Counted from the whole stretch's first letter, positions 40,300-53,436 are shown. The stretch is 63,075 nucleotides of DNA, filler included, from Octopus bimaculoides (GCF_001194135.2; 3 parts of 3 records of this genome joined end to end with filler, not necessarily neighbours in it), one strand, 5' to 3'. Numbers and translations: made by a program. The notes: generated by a model from the letters alone, not told the origin.

Positions 40300-40582
40300 C
40301 AGGCTCTATATGGTTACCCTTGTTTTGAACACACATTGCAATACGTTTACCCCACTCATTGTGAACTTGTAATTGCACATCTGTGATGCGTGTGCAAATG
40401 AGTTGGTGATGCGTTCCTTCAAATGATTTAGGTCTTGTATCTTTTCGTGATACACCATCCCTTTCAAATGCCCCCAAAGATAGAAATCAAGAGGGGTCAG
40501 TCAGATCAGTGAATCTAGGGGATCTTATAAACTGTTTCTTATAAAAAAATAATTTTTTCCTATGTATGGAGACTTTTGAATC

Positions 40583-40590
<8 letters not shown>
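40300..40590 (-). mobile_element. Internally deleted Tc1/mariner element, probably DD41D (rosa/Visitor) type
   Basis: PRFTDL/TPLDFYLWGHLKGMVYHEKIQDLNHLKERITN...VHNEWGKRIAMCVQNKGNHIEPVI with frameshifts. Terminus TATAGGGTGATTCAAAAG; a similar terminus occurs at 42811-42823. Subfamily assignment is inference. Confidence 0.75.
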
Positions 40591-40614
<24 letters not shown>

Positions 40615-40981
40615 ATGTGAGAGAGTTAGGGGTTGAGGGTTCAACCCACTAAGGGATAGTATCTATCCAATATACTGCTGGGAGGGTACCCAATTATTGT
40701 TACACTAGTGTTATACCAAGTGTAATAAATGGGAGCAGGTAAAAAGGGGGGGGGGTACCCCAAATTTGTATATCAATTAGAAAATGGAGGATAATATGCT
40801 GAACCCAATGACTTGCAGACAGTGTATCCCGTTGAATTCATTAACTTAATTCATAGCTAAAGTGACAAAAAAAGAAAAAAAAAACCAAAGTACAGGTGTT
40901 TATGACAAACCATGTTATTTTGCCAACCGGGTTTACATTTAGAAGTACAAAGTACATATGGAATTAAAAAATGAACAGAAG

Positions 40982-41019
<38 letters not shown>

Positions 41020-41022
<3 letters not shown>

Positions 41023-41175
41023 TGGGCTTCTTTCAGTTTCAGTCTGCCAAATCCACTCACAAGGGTTTGGTCAGCCCGAGATTATAGCAGAAAACACTTG
41101 CCCAAGGTGCCACGCAGTGGGACTGAACCTAGAACCATGTGGTTGGGAAGCAAGCTTCTTACCACACAGCCACTA
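41020..41175 (-). mobile_element. SINE family A, 5' half
   Basis: CACTTGCCCAAGGTGCCACGCAGTGGGACTGAACC...TTACCACACAGCC. Confidence 0.85.
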
Positions 41176-41317
41176 TGTATACTTTTATCTCATTTCACCA
41201 TCTTTTCCCTCGTCTTTTATGTAAACCCCAACACAAATTGTAGACTGCCCTTGTGATGTTCCCCTGATCTACGTCCCTGGGGCAAATAAAAGAAATTATC
41301 ATCATCATCATCATTAC

Positions 41318-41357
<40 letters not shown>

Positions 41358-41584
41358 TACACTTATGGTGACATAAAAGAAATACTTTGTAGTATTTCTC
41401 CCCATTCTGAGTTCAAATTCTACCAAAGTCAACATTAGCCTTTCATCCTACCAGGGTCAATAAAACGCAGTACCAGTCATGTACTGGGGTTCAATGGTAA
41501 CGACAAACCATTTCCTGTCAAAAATTGCCAACCTAGAAACCACTACCACAACCACTACCACCACCACCACCACCACCACCACCA

Positions 41585-41684
41585 NNNNNNNNNNNNNNNN
41601 NNNNNNNNNNNNNNNNNNNNNNNNNNNNTTAATTAATTAANNNNNNNNNNNNNNNNNNNNNNNNNNNNNNNNNNNNNNNNNNNN
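41585..41684. other. Artificial 100-bp scaffold-join spacer
   Basis: 44 N + TTAATTAATTAA + 44 N. Confidence 0.92.
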
Positions 41685-41715
41685 TATATATATAAGTATA
41701 GATAGATAGATAGAC

Positions 41716-41803
<88 letters not shown>

Positions 41804-42247
41804 GGCTTTACATACATACATACATACAAACATACATACATGCATACATGCATACATACATCTAAATGGACATTGACGGATGAGGATGTAGCTGCGAATT
41901 TTCTGTTTGTTATGTTTGTGTCAAACTTTCCGTTTGTTAGTTTTTTGTTAAATCTTTGAATGATATATATGTATATATGAGTGAGATTGATATATGGAAA
42001 TTCATCACTGGAATATGCCAATCAAAATCCTGCTTGGAAATATCTGCCAATACATCTACCATTTACGTATGGTCTATTCATGATGGAGATAGTTGCTCTC
42101 AGTAGGTGGATATGAGTGACTGAGTGTTGTGATTATTGTGTGAAGGTGTGCAGACGAGATTTTGAATGTAATTATGTTTATGTCTCCTCTGTTTACTTTT
42201 TCGTGATAGAAATGTATGGAAAGCTCCAGGCCATCGTTGATCTATCA

Positions 42248-42571
42248 CAATGGTTTTTAACCGAGGTTCACGTGGCCTCTGGGGTCGATATAAGACTTTC
42301 GGGGATCCATACAAACAAAATAGTGAACTGGGGACGCACAACAGTACTTTAAGAGGTTCATTGAAAAATTTGCTTTAGGTGTATTAGTTGTAAGAAATAG
42401 CTAGCATTCATTCTCGAACATTCTATGTAGGTCAAAATGCAGAAGTTAGTGTGTCAAAAAAAAATTGGAATATAAAATTAGTCTTTAAACATCGAATGGC
42501 TATGAAGGCCCATCATAAGAGAATAGCAATCAAATTGGCCTATAGAGAAAGTAAAATGGTTCAAATCACTT
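42248..42571 (+). mobile_element. hAT (Charlie-like) MITE, copy 1
   Basis: CAATGGTTTTTAACC...AAATGGTTCAAATCACT. Shares AAACATCGAAT.GCTA.GA.G with the 54495 copy. Confidence 0.6.
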
Positions 42572-44618
42572 ATCTAACAGAAGAATGCTCAAACCCTTCT
42601 AGCCGGAGTCATCTTGAATATTTCTTTTAGACATTGAGTTGTGGGGATTTTACTTCCCCAAATTATAAACAGTAAGGATATGAGGAAAGATTTTTGGTAA
42701 AGGTTTTCGTAAGCTCATTTTGTGGTGCACCAATATCCGCTACATTTCACATACCCAAAGCTAATCCCAGTCGACAATTGAACCGTCTTTCTCTAACATC
42801 TTCATCTTCGGAATCACCCTATACCAAATTTCTGTGTTTTTGCTTCGGTGTCTGCTGAAAAACAGGGGTAAAAAAATCATAATAAAGGTACAAGCTGTGT
42901 ATTTTAAATCTTACAACCTCGTTGACGTGAAGTTTGAAGCCGATTTTCGAAATCGTATTAATTAGTATGTCTCTTTGTTGAATATATTAAGTACATAAAG
43001 AAAAACCATTACTATTGTTGTTGCTGTTGCATTTTTTGTCGTTTGGTTTGTTTATTACTCGGTGTAGATTACTAGAGATTATTTGTGAGTCACATTATGT
43101 ACCAATGTTTGCGAGTCTTCAGCTTTTCATATATCTTTATTTCAATTTTTTATTTATTTCGGTTTGGGGCTGCGGTCATTTATTTACTTTGCCTCTTTCT
43201 CTGGGTTTGGTTCCGGTGAATAGGTGGGTGTTATAATGTTTCCCTTATTTCAGTTTCTTGCAGTGATGTGAGTTCATCTGCTTTGTCAAATAAGATTTTC
43301 ACAAGATGACCTTTTACCAAAAACCACATCTTCGACTCAATGAACCCTTAGATTTTCGACAAGGTATTGAACTCATTTGGGACTATGAAAACTAAGCTGT
43401 TACAATATTGTATCCTTACTGTAGATAGAACGAAGGGATATTTTGCACTATGCACTAGCGTTCAATTCGAAGCGGGTAATACGAGTGCAATACTGCTCTC
43501 TTTAAAAAACAAGTCAAAAAGGTAACACGCCAGAAAGACCCGCCGAGAATAACAGTTTTCTCTACGGGATCTTAGATTGCCTTATCCTTATACATGCTAA
43601 GGAGAAGCTTTCCCGAAATAATAGAGGGAGCATTAAAAAAATATGTCAAAAATTAAAATATTTTTTTCTTATTTTCATTTATTGCTATCACCTTACATAT
43701 TTTGCCTAAATTTTCAATTGCATTGCTCAAAGTATTTTTAATAATTTTCCTCATTTCAACATACTTTTGTTGCTGATTTTAGTGGAGGATTTCATAGAAG
43801 TATAAATGCTTGGAGCACTACGTATTATTCTGGCTGTAATATATGTTATATATTTAATGTTGAGATGGTTCTAGGTAAACTAAATTTCTAAATGTGTGTC
43901 GTTATGAATAAAGGAATATATAAATGATTGAATGGATACATAAAAGTAAAAGAAAAGAAACAGAGCCGAAGCATTTTTTAAGTAAATATAATGTATAGAC
44001 GAGATTGACATTATAACAATAAAATAAAGGATTGGATGATTAAGCGAACGTGAAACAGATTGAGACGACAGACAGAAGACCATAAAGAGAGGCGAAATGG
44101 AAAACTTTAATACATATATAAATAAATAGTTAGATAAATAAATATAGGGAGAGATATAAAATGAAAGAAGGAAAAGAAGACAGAGAGGAGGAAATGGGTA
44201 GACAAACTCATAAACAAGCGGTCAGAGAGAGAAAAGAAGACGAAAGACGAAAAGAATTGTTCAAGATGTAGGTTATCGAAGAAAAATAGCAAAGAAAAAA
44301 GTGGAAAGATAGGTTAAAAGCATAGAAAGAAGGATTGAAGTAGAGAAAATATAATAAAAATGTAAATGTTCAAAGAAATCACAGCTAAATTCAGGATAGA
44401 TTTAGAGATAAATATACATATAGAAGCATAGATATATAGATAGGTAGGTCATAGAAAAAGAGAATGGGTCAGAGAGGGGCGAAAGGTTGGTGAAACACAC
44501 AGATAAACAGTTGAATACTTAGATAAGCGATAAAGCCTGGCAGTTATGTTTATATAAGTAAATGCGTATGAGAAGGAGAAAGAGGGAGAGGAAGTCAGAG
44601 ACTATACATACGTATATA

Positions 44619-44651
<33 letters not shown>

Positions 44652-45831
44652 NNNNNNNNNNNNNNNNNNNNNNNNNNNNNNNNNNNNNNNNNNNNNNNNN
44701 NNNNNNNNNNNNNNNNNNNNNNNNNNNNNNNNNNNNNNNNNNNNNNNNNNNNNNNNNNNNNNNNNNNNNNNNNNNNNNNNNNNNNNNNNNNNNNNNNNNN
44801 NNNNNNNNNNNNNNNNNNNNNNNNNNNNNNNNNNNNNNNNNNNNNNNNNNNNNNNNNNNNNNNNNNNNNNNNNNNNNNNNNNNNNNNNNNNNNNNNNNNN
44901 NNNNNNNNNNNNNNNNNNNNNNNNNNNNNNNNNNNNNNNNNNNNNNNNNNNNNNNNNNNNNNNNNNNNNNNNNNNNNNNNNNNNNNNNNNNNNNNNNNNN
45001 NNNNNNNNNNNNNNNNNNNNNNNNNNNNNNNNNNNNNNNNNNNNNNNNNNNNNNNNNNNNNNNNNNNNNNNNNNNNNNNNNNNTATATACCATATATGTA
45101 TATTTATTTATACATGTATAAGTATCTATGTATGTACAGAGTAAGAATCGAGCCGATGAGGAGACAGAACCATAGGTAAGTTTTTAAGAAAACAGAAGCC
45201 ATTGAATCCAAAAGTAGAACATACATACTTGCACATATATATGCGTACATACATACACACATACATACATGCGTACGTCTGTGTGTGGGGGGGGGTGCAA
45301 GACCTTTAGAGAAAGAGAGAGACAGCAAAGATGAAGCAAAGCAACAAAGGTGGTTGACTGTCAGAAAGAAAGTACGAAATAACGAGACGAAACACTACAA
45401 AGTCTAGATAAAAGTAAGAATATAAACAAGTAAAATATAGCTGAGAGGGGAAGGGCGAAGGTATCAAGTAGGTGTGAAGACGTAAATGACGTTTTTAGCA
45501 ATGCTGGCATTACTTTCATTTCCATTAAGAATTATTGTCGGTAATATGGCCGATGTCCAAATCGGATCTAAATGTTCGGCAAGCGATTCTAGAGTGACCA
45601 CCACAATAATCGTATAAGATCATCGACAAAACGAGGTCAGCTGAGAAGAAGGAAGTTGGATCGTGACATGAGAGAGACTCCGTCAATAATGCTCTCGCCT
45701 TCTCTCTTCTTGTTTTTTTTTTTTACATCTTGCGTATGCCTATATACATATGTGTATATGAGTGTGTGTGTATATGTGTGATTGAATGTGTGTGTGCGTA
45801 TACACATACACACGCATATATNNNNNNNNNN

Positions 45832-45917
<86 letters not shown>

Positions 45918-46188
45918 TTGATTTTATGTTCAGTTATAATGAAAAAGAATTTGACATTAAACTGATCGGTTCCTGAATACTTTTGTAGAAGGCAAAATTT
46001 ATTATTCTTCAACAAGGAAGTTGTCGACTGTGACTTCGAAGATTCGGTCAGTTATATCATCCTTGTATAGGTAACTAGGCAGACAATTATTTAGTGAAAG
46101 AGAGAGTGGAAGAGTGAAAGAGAAAGCGCTGCATATATGTATATAGATAGATAGAAAGATATATTTATATATATTTATGTATAGGTGT

Positions 46189-46223
<35 letters not shown>

Positions 46224-46883
46224 GATATCATTTTTTACTTGTGTGATTTTTGCTACCCTGGTAACTATTTATCTATTCTTTCCGTGTTAATTGTTAACAA
46301 AGGAAAAATACACACATCTATTAATATATATATATATATATNNNNNNNNNNNNNNNNNNNNNNNNNNNNNNNNNNNNNNNNNNNNNNNNNNNNNNNNNNN
46401 NNNNNNNNNNNNNNNNNNNNNNNNNNNNNNNNNNNNNNNNNNNNNNNNNNNNNNNNNNNNNNNNNNNNNNNNNNNNNNNNNNNNNNNNNNNNNNNNNNNN
46501 NNNNNNNNNNNNNNNNNNNNNNNNNNNNNNNNNNNNNNNNNNNNNNNNNNNNNNNNNNNNNNNNNNNNNNNNNNNNNNNNNNNNNNNNNNNNNNNNNNNN
46601 NNNNNNNNNNNNNNNNNNNNNNNNNNNNNNNNNNNNNNNNNNNNNNNNNNNNNNNNNNNNNNNNNNNNNNNNNNNNNNNNNNNNNNNNNNNNNNNNNNNN
46701 NNNNNNNNNNNNNNNNNNNNNNNNNNNNNNNNNNNNNNNNNNNNNNNNNNNNNNNNNNNNNNNNNNNNNNNNNNNNNNNNNNNNNNNNNNNNNNNNNNNN
46801 NNNNNNNNNNNNNNNNNNNNNNNNNNNNTCTTTGTTCTCTCACTCCGTTTTCCACTCAGTTTCGATCAAACCCCCTACCATTC

Positions 46884-46923
46884 TCCTCAAGGGATCCCAA
46901 GTTAACTTGGGATCCCTTGAGGA
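46884..46923. repeat. Perfect 40-bp palindrome
   Basis: TCCTCAAGGGATCCCAAGTT|AACTTGGGATCCCTTGAGGA; extends to 46879-46928 with one mismatch. Confidence 0.97.
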
Positions 46924-47110
46924 CAATGCAACCTTCATTTTACTAAGGTATCGTCGGCCTCATGAGTGGAGTAAATCCCTCACCCGACCCCCCCCCCCGT
47001 TGGGTATTTATTACTTTCGAAATTAGGAAACATATGTAACCATTCCTTCATTTGGGATTTTTATTCATATACATAACAACATTACACGCCAACTGTGGAC
47101 TAGAAACAAT

Positions 47111-47342
47111 AGGCGGCGAGCTAGCAGAAACGTTAGCACGCCGAGCGAAATACTTAGCGGTATTTCGTCTGCCGTTACGTTCTGAGTTCAAATTCCACCG
47201 AGGTCGACTTTACATTTCATCCTTTCGGGGTCGATAAATTAAGTACCAGTTTCGCACTGGGATCAATGTAATCGACTTAATCCCTTTGTCTGTTCTTGTT
47301 TGTCCCGTCTATGTTTAGCCCCTTGTGGGCAATAAAGAAATA
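47111..47342 (+). mobile_element. SINE family C, full length
   Basis: Near-identical architecture to 35274-35503. Confidence 0.9.
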
Positions 47343-48070
47343 AGAAAATAATTGTTTTCAGCTTATCAAATATCGATATGAGAAAAACCCACAACCTTTT
47401 ATGGCAATAAATCAGTATTGTTCCTGCATGTTGCCTTTTATATCTTCTACTGACTGTTCGAAGCTTACTTACTTCCTACAATTAGATCTTTTACATACCC
47501 TTATAGATGTATGTGTGTGTGTAGCTATATTTATGTATCTGTATGCATGCGTGCGTCTGGCTTTCTATGCGCATGTGTTTATGGACATATAAATGCGATT
47601 TATTTTTTAAGAGTACAATTTACGATCGATAGAGTGTTGGTTGTTACAAGATTCTAACGGATCAATCAGTGATTCCTAACATTTCTAAAGAGCATATTGA
47701 AACGATGACAAGTGGGTATCTCTCTAAAACACGATGGTTTGAAGAGGTCCTTTTTTTTTTTTTTTTTGGCCCATGCTTATATCGTTCATCGATATATTTC
47801 GGTGAAAGATATTAACATAGATATGCACAAACAAATAAACATACCATACAGAAGCACCGATACCTTTAATCGCACACAAATGTGTATAGAATAGATACTG
47901 TATCAACCGATATTAGTGTGTTTATATTCCCGAAACCTAGCCGTTTCAAAAGAGACCGATAGAATAAGTGCTAGACTTACATAGAATAGGGCCTGGGGTC
48001 GATTTCTTCGACTAAAGGCCGACATTCCAGCAAGGCCGACATTCAAGTAACTGAAATATGTATAAGAAAA

Positions 48071-48114
<44 letters not shown>

Positions 48115-48217
48115 TCACATATATATTTATATTTATATATATATAACTTATTTTTCTATATGTGATTGTGGATTTTCAGGGATGAATTAAATAATTGTGG
48201 TTTTTTTCTCTATATTA

Positions 48218-48282
<65 letters not shown>

Positions 48283-49570
48283 CACGACGGGCCTCTTCCG
48301 TCTACAAACTCAGCTTAGAAGTCATTAGTCGGTCCGGAGTATTAGTAGAAGACACTTGCTCAAGATATTATGCAGTGAGACTGAACGCAATACCACATGT
48401 TTACGAAGTTAGCCTCTTAACCAAGGAGACACGTTTGCCACACACTTTATTCTCGATCTAGTAGTAAACACTAAAATAATATCTATGAAATATCTCTGAA
48501 AACCAATTGCTGCCTGATATACATTTTTGAAACTGACCCCGACTTGAGTAAATTCTGATCCATTATAAAGTGTTATCCTTCATCGCGATACTATTGAAAA
48601 ATGCGAGGCAAAGATGCTGCTCCGAACTAGTTGAACTAAATTACAACAATAAAAAAAATCAACATTACTTAATGTTTCTCGGATTTGTGGTGTCATCTTT
48701 GCCTCTTATATCGAAACTACAAAGGCATAAAATCTATTGAATAACTTAATGTTCGTTCAGGTCTACTGCAAGTCTCTGCTATTATAATCAAATCCACTGC
48801 GCTTTAAATACACAGAGTTTCTAACTAGGCACATCCTCCATGAATATTTTTTCAAAGCAACCCACTGCTATAAAGCAGGTTTCCTAAACAATGGCCTCAA
48901 TGAAAAAAATTTCAATACCCTCTCTTCACAACAATATATCGAAGAATGGATTCAGGAAAACTGTTTGGTTCACAACATTTTACTTCTTAAAGGTTAAGAC
49001 GAAAGTAATGGGAAATTTATTACCAACCGTCTCCTGTAAGGATATCGTTACCCAAAAAAGTCTTGCCTCTTTCTTTTGACTTGTAATTTTTTTCTTTTTT
49101 CGCTTGTTTTCTCTCACCTAAAATTATGAACCTTTACCTTCGATGAAACATTATATGAAAAGTTTTAATTTGAGCCGAGATACTTTCACTCGTAGAGCAT
49201 CAGTTGATTGACACAAACAACGAGATAAAGCGAATAGACTCAACATTGAGGTCAAAATATTCTCAAAACCAGGACAATTTTTGTGAAATTGTGCATTAAT
49301 TTTCATCATTAGTTTCTTTATCATGGTTAGAACATACAATTTTTGTCTAGAATTAAATGCATTCCAGCGCATCATTTTCCAGGCATTCTAATTTTAGATG
49401 TGACATGACGCACAAATCTCAATGGATGGGTGATTTGTTATTTAGACGAGTCCAATTATTGTAGGATTATATCGAACCGATAGAGGCTCCCTTAGTCATG
49501 TGAAAGTAGTGGTAACCTGTGCTATACCAACAAGTGTGTGTAGATGTGGGGTGAAGTGAAGTGTGTGTGG

Positions 49571-49620
<50 letters not shown>

Positions 49621-51151
49621 NNNNNNNNNNNNNNNNNNNNNNNNNNNNNNNNNNNNNNNNNNNNNNNNNNNNNNNNNNNNNNNNNNNNNNNNNNNNNNNN
49701 NNNNNNNNNNNNNNNNNNNNNNNNNNNNNNNNNNNNNNNNNNNNNNNNNNNNNNNNNNNNNNNNNNNNNNNNNNNNNNNNNNNNNNNNNNNNNNNNNNNN
49801 NNNNNNNNNNNNNNNNNNNNNNNNNNNNNNNNNNNNNNNNNNNNNNNNNNNNNNNNNNNNNNNNNNNNNNNNNNNNNNNNNNNNNNNNNNNNNNNNNNNN
49901 NNNNNNNNNNNNNNNNNNNNNNNNNNNNNNNNNNNNNNNNNNNNNNNNNNNNNNNNNNNNNNNNNNNNNNNNNNNNNNNNNNNNNNNNNNNNNNNNNNNN
50001 NNNNNNNNNNNNNNNNNNNNNNNNNNNNNNNNNNNNNNNNNNNNNNNNNNNNNNNNNNNNNNNNNNNNNNNNNNNNNNNNNNNNNNNNNNNNNNNNNNNN
50101 NNNNNNNNNNNNNNNNNNNNNNNNNNNNNNNNNNNNNNNNNNNNNNNNNNNNNNNNNNNNNNNNNNNNNNNNNNNNNNNNNNNNNNNNNNNNNNNNNNNN
50201 NNNNNNNNNNNNNNNNNNNNNNNNNNNNNNNNNNNNNNNNNNNNNNNNNNNNNNNATATATATATATATATATATATATACCCCTGTGTGCGTGTACGTA
50301 TGTATGGCTACACATGTGTTCCCTGTGTGTGTATGTATGTCTGTCTGTCTGTTTGTCTGTGTGTACATAGTTATTCAGACTGAAAACATAAGTTATATAC
50401 GACTGGAGTCGGTTTTTTTTTTTTTATATTTCTCAAAATATATTTGTTTCGTTTTTAGTTCAAATCGTATTTGATTCATATACTTATTTGTCACTAAAAA
50501 ATTCCCCAGGGTATAATTAAATATTTATCATAGCCTTGTTAAAAGTTGTACGCCATTGTTAAGTGTATTTTGTTTTAACACAATTTATTTCATACCGATT
50601 TATCTGTTTTTTCAGGTCTTGTAGTTTTTAAGGATTTTTTCGCTCTTCCTTGAATAAGACGATAGATACGAGTGATTATTTCGCAAAAATCAAATTTTAA
50701 TTATAGAACGTTATTTAATCTTGCATATTTTCATGAAAATTCGGTCGTGATTTATGGACATATTATTTTTCATTCTTTGTCTTTATTGTCTTATTTAGTT
50801 TTGTTTTTTTATTTTCATTCTCGTAGATTTCATTTATCTGTTTCTTATAATTACTAGGTCACCCGTTAGGCATTTCATTTTATAAGTGGAACGAAGTTGT
50901 GATGAATTAAAATGTTTCACCTCGATCTCTTCAATTCCATTGTTTTGTATTTTTTTCTCCACTGGTGGTGGTGGTGGTGGTGGTGTGAATTATTTTGCGT
51001 TTGTCTTTATCTCTAAACTTGACATAGTGCCGATAGCTATTTCTCACGTGTTTATAACTTTGCATACATGTATACATACATACATACATACATATATATA
51101 TATTTTTATATATATATATATATAATACATATATATATACATATATTTGTG

Positions 51152-51187
<36 letters not shown>

Positions 51188-51230
51188 TTGAATGTGTATG
51201 TGTATGCATGTATATATGCATGTATATATC

Positions 51231-52517
51231 TAATGCGGTTTTTTATACTTTTATTTTTCAAAATCAAAATAAACAAAGTTGTGTTTTTAGTCTAAAATAC
51301 ACTCTCCTTCATTTTCTACAATGCTCTCCCATCTATCTGATAGATTTTTAATGCCCCTCTTCCAGAATTCACTTGTCCGTGACGAAAAGTACTCCTCCGG
51401 TATTGTTCTGACCTCAACTACACAATTCATATTTTTTTCGTCCAAATGATTTTGAAGACTGTCGAACAAATGATAATCAGATAGAGCAATGTCCGACGAA
51501 TATGGTGTGTGGGGCATCGTTTCCCATTCAGACTGCTCCAGCCTTTGGGTTGTCATCCTCGCTGAATGTGGCCGAGAATCATCCTGATAAAAAAAAACAC
51601 CTTTTGTCTTGAAACTGAAAACGGTCGTTTTTTTTCTCTAACGCTGATTTCAGCCGCTCAAGCTGCTCCCAATAGATCTCCTTTGTTGTTGTGCGGTTTG
51701 GGTTTAAAAGTTTAGTGGTTTTGCTTTAAAAGTTCAAAGTGGAATTAATCTTCCATATCCTACCAAACAAATAACAAAACCCTACGTGGGTGAAGACCTT
51801 CTTTAATCTGAGGTGCCGGTGTTTCTCCTTTCTCTACGCGCTGTCTTCGGCGCTTGACATTTTTACATGGTACCCATTTCTCGTCACCAGTCACTATTCG
51901 GTCCAAAATGGCTCACTCGAGAGACGTGACTGCAAAGAGCGCACATTCGCTCTCTGCGCACGATTGCACTCGCAGAGTTTGTGAGGAACCCATTAACCCA
52001 ATTTCCTGACTTTTCCGATGTTACGCAGGTGTCGATGTATGGTTGAATAACCAAATCCAAGCTTCTCTGCTAGTTCTTGAATAGTTACGATGGGATTTTG
52101 TTCCATCAAGCTTTGTAGGACGTCCTCGCCGACCTCTACAGATCTTCCAGGATGAGGTTCGTTTTGTAGGCAATAGTTCCCAGTTCGCGAAATTTCAGAA
52201 ACCCCTGTTGACAATGGCTTACGCTTATTGTCCGATCGACATATGCTGCATTAATTTTCCTCGCACTTTCCGTTGCGCTGTTGCCTTTATTGAAATCATA
52301 ACGCAAAATATGCCGAATATGCTCCTTTCTCACTTCCATTATAGGTTCGAAAATGAACTGTTGAAATCGAACTGCACTCTTCAAAACTTGCACCAAGAAC
52401 AAGAAAGGTAAAACTATTACCTACTTTTATAGCCAGTTGATGCAGGTAGTTTATCCCGTCCCCCTCCTAATTCTAGTTCATGCAATTGAAAAAAAAACTG
52501 CATTATTTATGGGATGA

Positions 52518-52522
<5 letters not shown>
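51231..52522 (-). mobile_element. Full-length (~1.3 kb) decayed mariner transposon (DD34D)
   Basis: N-terminus EHIRHILRYDFNKGNSATESARKINAAY, second HTH QELAEKLGFGYSTIHRHL, WVPH, RIVTGDEKWV, QDDSRPH and PYSSDIALSDYHLF, C-terminus GIKNLSDRWESIVENEGECILD*. TIR TATGCGTCATCCCATAAATAATGCAGTTTTTT at 52489-52522, with remnant TAATGCGGTTTTTT at 51231. Multiple frameshifts. Confidence 0.95.
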
Positions 52523-52582
<60 letters not shown>

Positions 52583-53010
52583 GTATGTATACATGTGTGT
52601 TTGTGTGTGTGCGTGTGTGCACGTGTGTGTGTCTGTGTATGTGTGTGTGTGGGGGGGGTGTACACATATATTTGTATGCTTTAAGCACTTGTGTATACGT
52701 CTGCAGACTAACAGGTGCCTCTAGAGCTTTATTTGTTTTCAAATTGTATTTTGTTTTTATCTTTTATTGTTGAAATTGTTTCAATTTATTTACTTATTTA
52801 TTTATTTATTTATTTTCACAATATTTTTTTTCTGACTGCAATTTGCCACCTTGATTCCGGTTCCTATCTCGGCATTGTCTATTGATTAAACAGAAGCAAT
52901 CAAAATTCTACAGCTCAAAGACAAAGTAAACAAAACACATTTCACGAGATATCTGCGTAGATAGATACTCAACGTTCTGGCTATCTAAATAAATATATTA
53001 ATTAATAAAT

Positions 53011-53419
53011 AGGCGCAGAAGTGGCTGTGTGGTAAGTAGCTTGCTTATCAACCACATGGTTCCAGGTTCAGTCCCACTGCGTAGCACCTTGGGCAAGTGT
53101 CTTCTACTATAGCCTCGGGCCGATCAAAGCCTTGTGAGTGGATTTGGTAGATGGAAACTTAAAGAAGCCCATCGTATATATGTATATGTGTGCGTGTGTG
53201 TGTATGTGTGTGTGTGTGTGTGTGTGTGTTTGTCCCCACAACATCGCTTGACAACCGATGCAGGTGTGTTTACGTTCTCGTAACTTAGCGGTTCGGCAAA
53301 AGTAAACTATAGAATAAGTACTAGGCTTACAAAGAATAAGTCCTGGGGTCGATTTGCTCGACTAAAGGCGGTGCTCCAGCATTGCTGCAGTTAAATTACT
53401 GAAACAAGTAAAAGAGTAA
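53011..53419 (+). mobile_element. SINE family A, full length
   Basis: Near-consensus with internal (TG)n. Confidence 0.9.
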
Positions 53420-53436
53420 ATATATTAATTTATAAA

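Noticed and set aside
45989-46070. 82-nt exon candidate GKIYYSSTRKLSTVTSKIRSVISSLY (TTTTGTAG ... AG|GTAACT)
   Set aside because: No recognisable protein similarity and no compatible neighbouring exon.
48879-48992. 114-nt symmetric exon candidate GFLNNGLNEKNFNTLSSQQYIEEWIQENCLVHNILLLK
   Set aside because: Poor polypyrimidine tract and weak donor (GTTAAG); peptide unrecognised.
51231-52522. Mariner as a domesticated or active gene
   Set aside because: Several frameshifts and a degraded TIR; inactive relic.
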